From the NCBI GenBank assembly GCA_964369885.1, contig CAYJGQ010000009.1:1-32000 (forward strand): a stretch of DNA of 32,000 nucleotides, read 5' to 3'. Positions 18,308 through 27,016 of the stretch are shown here, piece by piece (position 1 is the stretch's first letter; every line of letters starts with the position of its first letter). This stretch comes from an uncultured Oscillospiraceae bacterium (GTDB taxonomy: Bacteria; Bacillota; Clostridia; Oscillospirales; Ruminococcaceae). Both the position numbers and the translations under genes were made by a program. The notes beneath the pieces were generated by a model, which searched no databases, was not told the origin of the DNA, and saw only the letters and a list, made by a program, of their open reading frames with translations.

Positions 18308-18578
18308 GGGGGCATACCCCCAAGACCGTGGAGCCTTGCCCCACACCCCACAAACTTTCTTAAAAAAGTTTGACCCAAAACTTTATGCCCCAAGGTCTGT
18401 GGCCTTGGGGCGATACTTTTGCAGTCTTGCTGTTTTTCACTTTGCAAAAGGGTGTGGCTGCCGCAGGCACGCGCCAAGGGCAGTCGCCCCTGTCTGGGGC
18501 AGTGACCCCGCTACTATGGGCAAGGTCTGCGCCCCACCGTTACGCCCCACAGGGGGGGCATAAGCCCTTGACCGTGGA
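18308..18578 (+). repeat. GC-rich modular intergenic repeat, copy B
   Basis: Homologous to 20-201 (see copy A1). Bounded by imperfect 25-nt direct repeats GGGGGCATAnnCCCnnGACCGTGGA at 18308-18332 and 18554-18578 (21 of 25 identical). Internal hairpins lie at 18387-18411 and 18416-18450, plus CAAACTTT/AAAGTTTG near 18350-18371. Confidence 0.6.
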
Positions 18579-18581
18579 CTA

Positions 18582-18965
18582 TCACTGCCCATCATCTTTT
18601 TGGGGTTTTATCTCATCAAGATCTGTAAACTCCCCCTTGGTGGCAGAGGAGCTGCAATATGTAGCAAAATCCGACAGCTCCACCCCAAACTCCTTAGCAA
18701 CACCCCTGACAATCCCCTCAAACTGCTCGCCCAGTTGCCGTGCCACCTGTTGTGGGTCGGGCAGAACCTCGGCCTCAAGAGGGGGGAGTTCATCCTGGGA
18801 CGGTTCCTGATCAAACTGCTTATTTTGTGGTGGGGCATCGGCAAACTGTTCGGCGTTTGTGTCGTCTGTGGGGGTAATCCACCTGCCCTTGCCAAGGTAT
18901 TCCCCCACAACATAGCAAACCGTCAACACGGCTGTATAACCGACTATTATCAGTAATAATTCCAT
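18582..18965 (-). CDS. Hypothetical small membrane-anchored acidic protein
   Basis: One N-terminal TM helix (MELLLIIVGYTAVLTVCYVV), then an Asp/Glu/Pro/Gln-rich tail. No family recognised. Start chosen at the ATG preceded by an AAAGGAA RBS (the track extends to 18998). Confidence 0.45.
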   Translation of the reverse strand: MELLLIIVGYTAVLTVCYVVGEYLGKGRWITPTDDTNAEQFADAPPQNKQFDQEPSQDELPPLEAEVLPDPQQVARQLGEQFEGIVRGVAKEFGVELSDFATYCSSSATKGEFTDLDEIKPQKDDGQ

Positions 18966-19256
18966 AGTTGTGACCATTCCTTTCTGCGGCGAGCACAAAA
19001 CAGACCTTAAAATAATTGTCGTATTCTATGCCGTGTTTTTTGTTATCACAAAGGGATTAAAAAACGGTTTGCAGGTGTTGTGTTTGAATTTTTCAAACCT
19101 ATCCCTCCGCTTTTTTATAGGTGATCTCAATTTTATTGTATGTATTTTTTGTACTTAGGGTTACTTTTAAGCGCCATTAAAAACAGTCAAATGGGAATAT
19201 AGCAGGTGTTTTGGGAGAAAATGAAAGAAGTATATTAAAGGTGGAGGTTATAATAT

Positions 19257-19991
19257 ATGTCACATGCTATAAAGGTTTTATTGCGGGTTTTGGTGGTGGG
19301 TGCGCTTAATTTGGTTATAATTGCCTGCCTTATGATGATAGGACAAGTTAACACCAATACATGGTCACAGCAGGAGCAGGTGGCGGTGGTGGCCTCCTCA
19401 CTGCGCAAGGGAAGCACGGGGGATTCGGTCAAGGAGATGCAACAAAAGTTAAAGAATTGGGGTTATTATTCGGGTGCGGTGGATGGCATTTATGGCTCGG
19501 GCACTATGGAGGCCGTAAAGGACTTTCAGCGCAAATCGGGACTGCGTGTCGATGGCATTGCAGGGCCTGTCACCCTGTCATCCATGGGCATATCATCAAA
19601 TAACTTGTCGGCCACCACAAACGGTGTTGGCAGTTACAGTCAGGCCGATATTGATCTTTTGGCACGCATTATCTCGGCCGAGGCAAGGGGCGAGCCCTAC
19701 ACAGGGCAGGTGGCGGTTGGTGCGGTTGTGCTCAATCGTGTAAAGCATCCCTCATTCCCCGACACTGTTTCGGGGGTGATATATCAGCCCAAGGCCTTTA
19801 CAGCGGTGGTGGATGGGCAGTTTGAAAAACCTGTGGAGGAGAGCGCTCAAAGGGCGGCGGCCGATGCCCTTACAGGTTGGGACCCTTCGGGTGGGGCGGT
19901 GTTTTACTTTAACCCCGATAAAACCGATGATGAATTTATGCACTCACGCCCCGTAATAACCATAATAGGGGATCACAATTTTTGTAGTTGA
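19257..19991 (+). CDS. sleB: Spore cortex-lytic enzyme SleB-like cell-wall hydrolase
   Basis: Signal/TM segment, a peptidoglycan-binding repeat (GDSVKEMQQKL..GYY.G.VDGIYG..T..AVK.FQ) and a C-terminal SleB/CwlJ hydrolase domain (ARIISAEARGEPY.GQVAVGAVVLNRV..P.FP.TV..VIYQP.AF). GGTGGAGG RBS. Confidence 0.85.
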   Translation: MSHAIKVLLRVLVVGALNLVIIACLMMIGQVNTNTWSQQEQVAVVASSLRKGSTGDSVKEMQQKLKNWGYYSGAVDGIYGSGTMEAVKDFQRKSGLRVDGIAGPVTLSSMGISSNNLSATTNGVGSYSQADIDLLARIISAEARGEPYTGQVAVGAVVLNRVKHPSFPDTVSGVIYQPKAFTAVVDGQFEKPVEESAQRAAADALTGWDPSGGAVFYFNPDKTDDEFMHSRPVITIIGDHNFCS

Positions 19992-20110
19992 CAAGCTCAT
20001 GCTATGGGCGGTACAATTTAGTTTAGTCAGCACCATGTCATGCCGACACACCTAAGACAGATTTGGCATGGTGCCATCTAAATTATTTTGCCCCAAAGAA
20101 GGTGTGCGCC

Positions 20111-20590
20111 ATGCCAAAGGAAACAAAAACCAATGCCCTGCGCCTTTTGGAGCGGGCAGGTCTACACTACGATACAATCTCATACGACCCTGCGGGAGGT
20201 ATTGATGGTGTTTCGGTGGCAAAACAGGTGGATATGCCGCTAAATATGGCCTACAAAACCCTGCTGACCAAGGGGGCATCGGGTGGGTGCTATGTATTTG
20301 TAATACCGGTGGCGGCCGAGCTCAGCCTTAAAAAAGCGGCCTGTGCGGCCGGAGAAAAGTCGGTTACAATGGCACCACAGGGTGAGCTTTTGGCCCTTAC
20401 CGGCTATGTAAAGGGCGGGTGCTCTCCCGTTGGAATGAAAAAACCTTACCCCACATTTATTCACACAGAGGCGCAAAATCTTAAGATCATGGGGGTAAGT
20501 GCAGGGCGAATAGGCCTTGAACTGCTCATAGCCCCCCACGCACTGGCCAAGATTATATCGGCAAATTTTGTGGACCTGGTGCAGGACTGA
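20111..20590 (+). CDS. ybaK: Cys-tRNA(Pro)/Cys-tRNA(Cys) deacylase YbaK
   Basis: 159 aa from ATG 20111 (MPKETKTNALRLLE). The TGYVKGGCSPVGMKK motif is typical of YbaK/EbsC trans-editing proteins. Confidence 0.8.
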   Translation: MPKETKTNALRLLERAGLHYDTISYDPAGGIDGVSVAKQVDMPLNMAYKTLLTKGASGGCYVFVIPVAAELSLKKAACAAGEKSVTMAPQGELLALTGYVKGGCSPVGMKKPYPTFIHTEAQNLKIMGVSAGRIGLELLIAPHALAKIISANFVDLVQD

Positions 20591-20659
20591 GGAGCCGTGT
20601 ATTTTCATATTTTTTAGGATAAAGCATATAATTTAACATAAGGAAAGGGTGTACTTAAA

Positions 20660-21058
20660 ATGTTGGAAACAAAAAATCAGCCACAGACACAAAACGATGA
20701 AGTTAGTGAAATACTAAAGCGCATGGAAAACATAGCCATATCTCAAGAAAAACACACAAAGCGGCTTTGTTCACTCATGGGGCTTTGCACCTTGGCCTGC
20801 GTGGCAGGACTGGTTGTGCTGGGAGCGCTGTTTTTCCAGATAACCCCACTGCTGGCCCAGCTTAGTGAGGCCGTACATAACCTAAATGCCGCCTCGCAAG
20901 AACTGGCCTCGCTGGACTTGTCGGCCACGGTTGACGGTTTTGATGAAACCCTGCGGGTGGCACAGGACAGCATAAGTGCCATTGATGTAGAGGGGCTAAA
21001 CAGTGCCATAAAGAGCCTGTCCGATGTGGTTACCCCACTGGCTAATATTTTTGGCTAA
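20660..21058 (+). CDS. Hypothetical single-pass membrane protein with coiled C-terminal domain
   Basis: 132 aa with a central TM segment (LCTLACVAGLVVLGALFF) and a helical Ala/Ser/Leu-rich tail. No family recognised with confidence. Confidence 0.5.
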   Translation: MLETKNQPQTQNDEVSEILKRMENIAISQEKHTKRLCSLMGLCTLACVAGLVVLGALFFQITPLLAQLSEAVHNLNAASQELASLDLSATVDGFDETLRVAQDSISAIDVEGLNSAIKSLSDVVTPLANIFG

Positions 21059-21072
21059 GGCAGAATTAACGC

Positions 21073-21116
21073 AAAAAAGCCGCCCTGTCCACACAATTGT
21101 GGGCAGGGCGGCTTTG
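21073..21116. terminator. Bidirectional intrinsic terminator between convergent genes
   Basis: 15-bp stem GCCGCCCTGTCCACA / TGTGGGCAGGGCGGC (21079-21112, one G-U pair) with an upstream A6 run and a downstream TTTGTG. Confidence 0.8.
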
Positions 21117-21129
21117 TGCAAAGGTTTGA

Positions 21130-21855
21130 TTATTTTTGAAGCTCCAAAGCGGTGTTTAGTGCCACCTCCATCATCTCCTCAAAGGAGGTTTGGCGCAGAT
21201 CGCTTGAAAGGCTCTCGCCCGTGAAGATATGATCCGACACCGTAAAGATGCCAAGCGCCCTACCGCCGGTTTTGGCGGCGGTGCAGTAAAGTGCGGCGGC
21301 CTCCATTTCTATGCAAAGCAGGCCCATGTCGGCCCATAGGCGGGCGGCATTTTGGTTGGCGTTGTAGAAGGTGTCACTGGACAGAACATTGCCCACATGG
21401 TAATTAACCCCTGTGTTTTTACACTGCTGTGTGGCGGTGCACAGTAGGTCGTAGTCGGCAAGTGGGGAAAAACTTCCGGGCAGGCCGTATTGGGTGGCAA
21501 AGGCCGAGTCGGTTGAAACACCCTGTGCAATGACAATGTCACGAACCTTGACATTTTCCTGAAGCGCGCCGCAGGAGCCTATGCGAATTATATTTTTTAC
21601 ACCAAAAAAGGAGAAGAGCTCGTAGCTATATATTCCCATGGAGGGCATACCCATGCCGCTGGCCATTACCGATATTGGGCTGCCCTGCCAATCTCCCGTA
21701 TATCCCTGTATGCCCCGTACGTCGTTTACAAGGCGGGCGTTTTCAAGGTAAGTTTGGGCGATATGGCGTGCGCGCAGAGGGTCGCCCGGCATAAGAACGG
21801 TGGGGGCAAAGTCCTCGGGTGTTGCCTTGATGTGTGGGGTTGGATAGTTTGCCAT
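21130..21855 (-). CDS. deoD: Purine nucleoside phosphorylase, DeoD type
   Basis: 241 aa. TPHI..., MPGDPLRA, ASGMGMPS and RIGSCGAL motifs belong to hexameric PNP. Confidence 0.9.
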   Translation of the reverse strand: MANYPTPHIKATPEDFAPTVLMPGDPLRARHIAQTYLENARLVNDVRGIQGYTGDWQGSPISVMASGMGMPSMGIYSYELFSFFGVKNIIRIGSCGALQENVKVRDIVIAQGVSTDSAFATQYGLPGSFSPLADYDLLCTATQQCKNTGVNYHVGNVLSSDTFYNANQNAARLWADMGLLCIEMEAAALYCTAAKTGGRALGIFTVSDHIFTGESLSSDLRQTSFEEMMEVALNTALELQK

Positions 21856-21896
21856 ATTTATACATCCTCTCTATTTTGGGTTTTATATTAAGGGAT

Positions 21897-21925
21897 ATTG
21901 TACCATCTTGCGGTGGAGTATACAA
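21897..21925 (-). promoter_or_regulatory. Candidate sigma-A promoter for deoD
   Basis: On the minus strand: TTGTAT (21920-21925), 17-nt spacer, TACAAT (21897-21902) preceded by TGG (extended -10-like). Confidence 0.45.
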
Positions 21926-22156
21926 CTGTTTATTTTTACTACACATCTGCCTTTGGAGGGTACATAAGAATAAAGGCCATGTCGCTGTGCTTGTATTAAC
22001 TTGCACCCTGCCCCCATGCTTTATGTAAAACATTAATCAGTATGCAGTTTCATCATATCTTCATCATAATTTTAGTGCACACTATTTGTATACGGGGTGA
22101 TTTGTACCGATGGATTAAATTTCCTGTAAATATACGGTGTTTTTTGCCGAAAAACA

Positions 22157-22185
22157 TTGAAAAATATACCATCATAGGTTAGAAT
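22157..22185 (+). promoter_or_regulatory. Candidate sigma-A promoter for the dCMP deaminase gene
   Basis: TTGAAA (22157-22162), 17-nt spacer, TAGAAT (22180-22185). This favours ATG 22217 as the start codon. Confidence 0.5.
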
Positions 22186-22216
22186 GATACTAAATATGAG
22201 AAAATGGGGTGGCATT

Positions 22217-22708
22217 ATGGCAAGACGTGACAAGATAAACTATTATCTCGACATCGCCGAGGTGGTGGCCGAGCGTGGCACATGTTTGCGCCGCAACTTT
22301 GGGGCTATCATCGTAAAAAACGATCAAATTATATCCACAGGCTATGTGGGGGCTCCCCGCGGCCGTATAAACTGCTCGGATTTGGGTTACTGCACACGCC
22401 AAAAGCTTAATGTCCCAAGGGGCGAGCGTTATGAGCTATGTCGGTCGGTCCATGCCGAGGCAAATGCAATAATTCACGCCTCCAGAGCAGAAACCCTTGA
22501 CGCCACCCTGTTTTTGGTGGGTATTGAGGGGGATGGCTCGGGCTATGTGGCCAATGCAAACCCCTGTTCCATGTGTAAGCGCATGATAATAAATGCAGGC
22601 ATCTCCACCGTTATTGTGCGGGACAACAAGGATGAATTTAGGGCCATGAAGGTTTATGACGAGTGGGTGTCGCACGATGAGTCGCTCGACGGTACCAAGG
22701 GCTATTAA
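22217..22708 (+). CDS. comEB: dCMP deaminase / ComEB family cytidine-deoxycytidylate deaminase
   Basis: HAEANAI zinc-binding motif and PCSMCKRMIINAGI (PCxxC), as in dCMP deaminases. Confidence 0.85.
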   Translation: MARRDKINYYLDIAEVVAERGTCLRRNFGAIIVKNDQIISTGYVGAPRGRINCSDLGYCTRQKLNVPRGERYELCRSVHAEANAIIHASRAETLDATLFLVGIEGDGSGYVANANPCSMCKRMIINAGISTVIVRDNKDEFRAMKVYDEWVSHDESLDGTKGY

Positions 22709-22838
22709 TTGCGCCAAATCCCCCTTGGGGCTTATACATATACACATCATGCCGTGACGGTTTTACAAAGCATACAACCACCGACATTAAATGAAGAAGG
22801 TTGACATCCGGGAACAATTAAACAGGAAGGTAGATTAC

Positions 22839-23891
22839 ATGAAAAAAATCAGCCCACTATTTAGAATGATCATCTTGGTACTTGTGTTATCCCTTGGTCT
22901 TACAATGTCGGTTTCGGCCGTAACGGCCAGCAATGTGGTAAATGGTATTATTCCACTTGAAAACCTTTTGGAGGAGGCCGAAGATTTTGACAGCCTTCCA
23001 CCTGAGTTTTTAAGGGACATAAGCCAATACGACGCCTTGAGTGTGGACAGCCTAACACGCTTTGCCGAGGAGCACGAGGTAACGGCCGGGTATTTGCAGC
23101 GTTTTGTGGACGATTACTTTGTATTTAAGCAGGGTGATACATATCAGCATATACCTGTAAACCAAAACCTTGCCAAAAACGACTACGACTTTAACAACCT
23201 TGTGAGCTATGGCGATGTTAAGGATTATGTAGTGGATGGGCAGTCCATGACCATAAAGGGCATAGACGTGTCACAGTTTCAGGGCATAATTGACTGGAAC
23301 CGCGTGGCAAACGACGGTGTTGAGTTTGCCTTTATCCGCCTTGGGTACAGGGGATATCAAAGTGGCAAGCTTAATATGGACAAGTATTTTTACCGCAACC
23401 TTGAGGGTGCAAAGGCGGCCGGAATTGATGTGGGTGTGTATTTTTACTCCCAGGCCAAAAATTACAGTGAGGGCATAGCCGAGGCACAGTATGTGCTACG
23501 CGCACTTGAGGGCTACGAACTTGACTACCCCGTGGCCTTTGACATTGAGGGTCCCCCAGCTTCCAGCGCACGCACCTACTACACCTCAAATCAGCAGTTT
23601 ACCGATGCGGCCATAGGCTTTTGCGACACCATTGCCGCAGGTGGGTATGACCCCATGGTTTACTCCTACGCAAAATTTATAGCCGAAAACCTCTACCTTG
23701 ATCAGCTTACAGCCTACCCCATGTGGATGGCCATGTACTACAACGAACCCTTTTATCCCTACGAAATGGACATATGGCAGTACTCCTGCACAGGTAGGGT
23801 TGACGGAATTTCGGGAGATGTTGATCTAAACATGCAGTTTGTTCTGCCCGAGCCAACCGAGCAAACCGCAGAACAGCAGGCCGCACAATAA
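22839..23891 (+). CDS. Secreted GH25 family lysozyme (muramidase) with N-terminal accessory region
   Basis: Signal peptide MKKISPLFRMIILVLVLSLGL. The GH25 core GIDVSQFQG.IDW..V...GVEFAFIRLGYRG is followed by DVGVYFYS. AGGAAGG RBS lies 8 nt upstream of ATG 22839. Confidence 0.8.
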   Translation: MKKISPLFRMIILVLVLSLGLTMSVSAVTASNVVNGIIPLENLLEEAEDFDSLPPEFLRDISQYDALSVDSLTRFAEEHEVTAGYLQRFVDDYFVFKQGDTYQHIPVNQNLAKNDYDFNNLVSYGDVKDYVVDGQSMTIKGIDVSQFQGIIDWNRVANDGVEFAFIRLGYRGYQSGKLNMDKYFYRNLEGAKAAGIDVGVYFYSQAKNYSEGIAEAQYVLRALEGYELDYPVAFDIEGPPASSARTYYTSNQQFTDAAIGFCDTIAAGGYDPMVYSYAKFIAENLYLDQLTAYPMWMAMYYNEPFYPYEMDIWQYSCTGRVDGISGDVDLNMQFVLPEPTEQTAEQQAAQ

Positions 23892-23934
23892 CGTATAGTC
23901 TTGCAATTTTTGCATTATTTTGTAAAATATTGGT

Positions 23935-23978
23935 AAAATCCACCGTTTGATTATTCAAAACTCGAACGGTGGATTTTT
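23935..23978 (+). terminator. Intrinsic terminator after the GH25 gene
   Basis: ATCCACCGTT...AACGGTGGAT stem followed by TTTTT. Confidence 0.75.
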
Positions 23979-24017
23979 GGGTCGAACGAAACTTTGCATA
24001 ATATATGGGTTTTCTTG

Positions 24018-24046
24018 TTGACAACCATACAAACCCGTGTTAGAAT
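24018..24046 (+). promoter_or_regulatory. Strong sigma-A promoter for cspA, giving a ~120-nt 5' UTR
   Basis: TTGACA (24018-24023), 17-nt spacer, TGTTAGAAT extended -10 (24038-24046). A long leader is typical of cold-shock genes. Confidence 0.6.
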
Positions 24047-24173
24047 GATATTCGTATTCTAAATGCGACAATGGTTCCTGCACATGCTGTAAATTGTTGT
24101 TCGTTGATGATTTACATTTTGTGCAGGTTTTTTGATTGGCCTAGAATATAATTTAATTTTGGAGGTTCTACCC

Positions 24174-24386
24174 ATGAACAACGGTACTGTAAAATGGTTT
24201 AACGCAGACAAGGGCTTTGGATTCATTTCCAACGACGAGGGCGGCGAGGATGTATTTGTACATTTCTCGGCTATCATGATTGATGGCTTTAAGACTCTGG
24301 CTGAAGGTCAGAAGGTTACTTTTGACACCGAGCCCGATCCCAAGAACAGCGAAAAGCTTCGCGCTGTAAACGTACGCCCTGCATAA
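24174..24386 (+). CDS. cspA: Cold-shock protein (CspA family)
   Basis: [18 protein letters not shown] (RNP1) and VFVHFSAI (RNP2). 70 aa with a GGAGG RBS. Confidence 0.95.
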   Translation: MNNGTVKWFNADKGFGFISNDEGGEDVFVHFSAIMIDGFKTLAEGQKVTFDTEPDPKNSEKLRAVNVRPA

Positions 24387-24409
24387 ATTCAAGCCGTTTA
24401 TAGTAAAAC

Positions 24410-24437
24410 CCCTCGACCTTGGTCGAGGGGTTTTTTC
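24410..24437 (+). terminator. Intrinsic terminator after cspA
   Basis: CCCCTCGACC/GGTCGAGGGG stem followed by TTTTTTCT. Confidence 0.85.
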
Positions 24438-24580
24438 TATTGCACTTCCGGGATGGCTTACCCCCACGCACTACGTAGAGGGGGCAAATGGTAAAACCTT
24501 TAACCTACTCTATTTTTGCGCCGTGCTACACACAAAGCCGATATATTTTTCCCACCAAGCATTTAATTGCAGCCATTTTA

Positions 24581-24609
24581 TTGACGATGACTTGTTTTTT
24601 AGGTATTAT
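24581..24609 (+). promoter_or_regulatory. Candidate sigma-A promoter for ridA
   Basis: TTGACG (24581-24586), 17-nt spacer, TATTAT (24604-24609). Confidence 0.5.
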
Positions 24610-24654
24610 TATCAGTGTTAAGACATCAACACCATAAAACGGAGGAACAAAATT

Positions 24655-25029
24655 ATGGCTACTGTAATTTCCACAAAAAATGCTCCTGGCGCAATCGGCC
24701 CCTACTCCCAGTGCAAGATCGTTGGAGATCTTGTCTTCACCTCGGGGCAGATTCCCATTGACCCTGCCACAGGCGATATGCCTGCCGCCATTGCCGACCA
24801 AACCCGTCAGGCACTTAACAACGTAAAGGCCATCCTTGAGGCGGCCGGTACCTGCATGGATAAGGTTATTAAGGCCACTGTGTTTCTTGATAACATGGAG
24901 GACTTTGCCGCGATGAATGAGGTTTACGCCACATTCTTCAGTGGTGACTACCCCTGCCGTAGCGCCATTGAGGTGGCAAAACTGCCCAAGGGTGCACTGG
25001 TTGAGATCGAGGTTATTGCCGAGAAGTAA
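24655..25029 (+). CDS. ridA: RidA/YjgF family reactive-intermediate deaminase
   Basis: 124 aa. APGAIGPYSQ, VFTSGQIP.DP.TG and PCRSAIEVAKLPKGALVEIE are typical of RidA. Confidence 0.9.
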   Translation: MATVISTKNAPGAIGPYSQCKIVGDLVFTSGQIPIDPATGDMPAAIADQTRQALNNVKAILEAAGTCMDKVIKATVFLDNMEDFAAMNEVYATFFSGDYPCRSAIEVAKLPKGALVEIEVIAEK

Positions 25030-25058
25030 GCCCGCACACCCAAAAGTGAAACAGCTAT

Positions 25059-25095
25059 AAAAAAACTCCCCTTTAGTAAAAGGGGAGTTTTTTTG
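25059..25095. terminator. Bidirectional intrinsic terminator (ridA / symporter)
   Basis: ACTCCCCTTT-AGTA-AAAGGGGAGT stem flanked by an A-run and a T-run. Confidence 0.85.
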
Positions 25096-25107
25096 CGGCC
25101 ACGCGGT

Positions 25108-26652
25108 TTATTTTTCAAACCATTCGGATTTTTTCTTGTTTTCATCCTCACTAAGGGCCACCATGTGGGCCACCACAACCTTTTCCTGATAACAGGCAAA
25201 GGTTTCGTCCAGATGCTTTTGTGGAAGCCTTGGGGTGATAAGGCTAACGATTGGCACCACAACAAGGCTTGAGAGTATGGCCATACCGCCGGCTGCTATG
25301 GGGCTTGCAAAGCCTATGAATAGGTTGGCCACCGTAATACCAATTCCGCAGACAAAGGAGGTCCAAACAGCCACCTTGCTGACCCTGCGCCAAAATAGTC
25401 CGTAAAGGAAGGGCCCCAAAAATGCTCCGGCCAATGCACCCCAGGAGATGGACATTAGGGTGGTAATAAGGTTTATGGGATTAAGTGCCAAAACCACCGA
25501 GAGGAGTATAAACAGAACACACATAACCTTTATTACAACGAGTTTTGTTTGGCTTTTCATATTTATAAAGGGCATTTGCTCCAAAAAGTCGAGGGTAAAG
25601 GTGGACCCCGAAGTAAGCACAAGTGAGGACAGGGTGGACATAGAGGCCGACAGCACCAATACAAGCACCACACCGATAAGCAGATCGGGCAGTGTTTGAG
25701 ACAGCATGGTGGGCACTATGTCATCAAAGACCATGCCGCTCTCGGGCTCTGTGTAGTAAAGGCGGCCAAAGCTGCCCAAAAAGTAGGAGCCGCCTGCAAT
25801 TATTAGGGCAAAAACGGTGGAGATTATGGTGCCGGCCTTTATGGATTTTTCGTTGTTGATGGTGTAAAACTTATGCACCATCTGCGGCAGACCCCAGGTG
25901 CCAAGGCTTGTTAGAATTACCACCCACAAAAGGTCTATGGGGTTTGGGCCAAAAAATGACACAAAGGCGCCCTCAAGCTCGGGTGTGGCGGGGTTTGGTA
26001 TGGCCGACAGGCGCTGGATGGCCTCGGTAAAACCGCCCTGACCATCAAGAATACGCACCACCACAAGTGAGATGCCACCTATCATGATAACACCCTGCAC
26101 AAGGTCGTTTATGGCGGTGGCCATGTAGCCGCCGGCCACAACATATATGCAGGTCAGCACTGCAATGCCTGCAATGCACCAGACAAAATCCAGCCCAAAA
26201 GCCATGGAGAACAGCCCCGACAGCCCCTTGTAAACCGAGGCCGAGTAGGGGACAAGAAACACGAAAATAATGACAGAGGACACCACACGCAGACTGTGGG
26301 AGAGGTATCGCTTTGAGAAGAAATCGGGCATGGTGGCCGATTCCAGGTGTTTGGTCATAACTCGGGTGCGGCGCCCCAATACCGTCCAGGCCAGCAGACT
26401 GCCCACAAGGGCGTTACCAATGCCTATCCAGGTGGCGGCCACGCCAAAGCTCCAGCCAAATTGGCCTGCGTAACCTATAAATACCACCGAGGAAAAGTAG
26501 GAGGTGCCGTAGGCAAAGGCCGTAATCCAGGGGCCTACATTGCGCCCCCCAAGCACAAACTCACCCACGCTGGAGCTGTGCTTGCGACATGCAATACCTA
26601 TGCAGGCCGTAACGATAAAGAAAATGCTGATGATCAAAATTTGTGATGCCAT
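25108..26652 (-). CDS. Sodium:solute symporter (SSS) family transporter (PutP/PanF-like), substrate unknown
   Basis: 514 aa, polytopic, with the SSS-type N-terminal pattern (GGR..G.W...F...T..S...F.G). Confidence 0.8.
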   Translation of the reverse strand: MASQILIISIFFIVTACIGIACRKHSSSVGEFVLGGRNVGPWITAFAYGTSYFSSVVFIGYAGQFGWSFGVAATWIGIGNALVGSLLAWTVLGRRTRVMTKHLESATMPDFFSKRYLSHSLRVVSSVIIFVFLVPYSASVYKGLSGLFSMAFGLDFVWCIAGIAVLTCIYVVAGGYMATAINDLVQGVIMIGGISLVVVRILDGQGGFTEAIQRLSAIPNPATPELEGAFVSFFGPNPIDLLWVVILTSLGTWGLPQMVHKFYTINNEKSIKAGTIISTVFALIIAGGSYFLGSFGRLYYTEPESGMVFDDIVPTMLSQTLPDLLIGVVLVLVLSASMSTLSSLVLTSGSTFTLDFLEQMPFINMKSQTKLVVIKVMCVLFILLSVVLALNPINLITTLMSISWGALAGAFLGPFLYGLFWRRVSKVAVWTSFVCGIGITVANLFIGFASPIAAGGMAILSSLVVVPIVSLITPRLPQKHLDETFACYQEKVVVAHMVALSEDENKKKSEWFEK

Positions 26653-26680
26653 AACCGTTCATCCTTTCGGTTGGGGGCAT

Positions 26681-26981
26681 AAAAAAAGCCCCCTGCTAAA
26701 ATGCAGAGGACGAGAAAATTCCCGTGTTACCACCTCAGTTTACCGCATCCTCACGGGTGCGGTCTCGTCGGGTGCGGTCACAAGTGACGACACCCCAGCA
26801 CTATAACGTGTGCAGAGTTACGGCACAGCCTACTGCGCAAAATGCGGTTTGGTGTGCGGCTCTCGGAATGTATTGGGAATGCACCAAACCTGCGCCTCTC
26901 AGCATACGGCTACTCTCTGTTGGCAGAAGCATTCTTACTTGTTTCCGGTCAATGCCTTTAATTTTTTTGTTTTTCTTAACA
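26681..26981 (-). promoter_or_regulatory. T-box riboswitch leader (tRNA-sensing transcription attenuator)
   Basis: On the minus strand the T-box sequence AAACTGAGGTGGTAACACGGG lies at 26721-26741. The antiterminator has a 7-nt UGGUAAC bulge (GAGG/CCTC and ACGGG/CTCGT helices). A competing terminator GTCCTCTGC-ATTTTA-GCAGGGGGC plus U7 lies at 26681-26714. Stem III ACCGCA..TGCGGT lies at 26742-26763. A long Stem I candidate at about 26811-26925 carries AGAGAGTA and GAGAG elements. Confidence 0.85.
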
Positions 26982-26987
26982 TGGAAT

Positions 26988-27016
26988 AGTTTAGCACATA
27001 AAATCGCTAAAGTCAA
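26988..27016 (-). promoter_or_regulatory. Candidate sigma-A promoter driving the T-box leader
   Basis: On the minus strand: TTGACT (27011-27016), 17-nt spacer, TAAACT (26988-26993). Confidence 0.5.

Noticed and set aside
18370-18810. 146-aa plus-strand ORF
   Set aside because: It spans the noncoding repeat and then runs antisense into the small membrane-protein gene. It is a composition-driven artefact.
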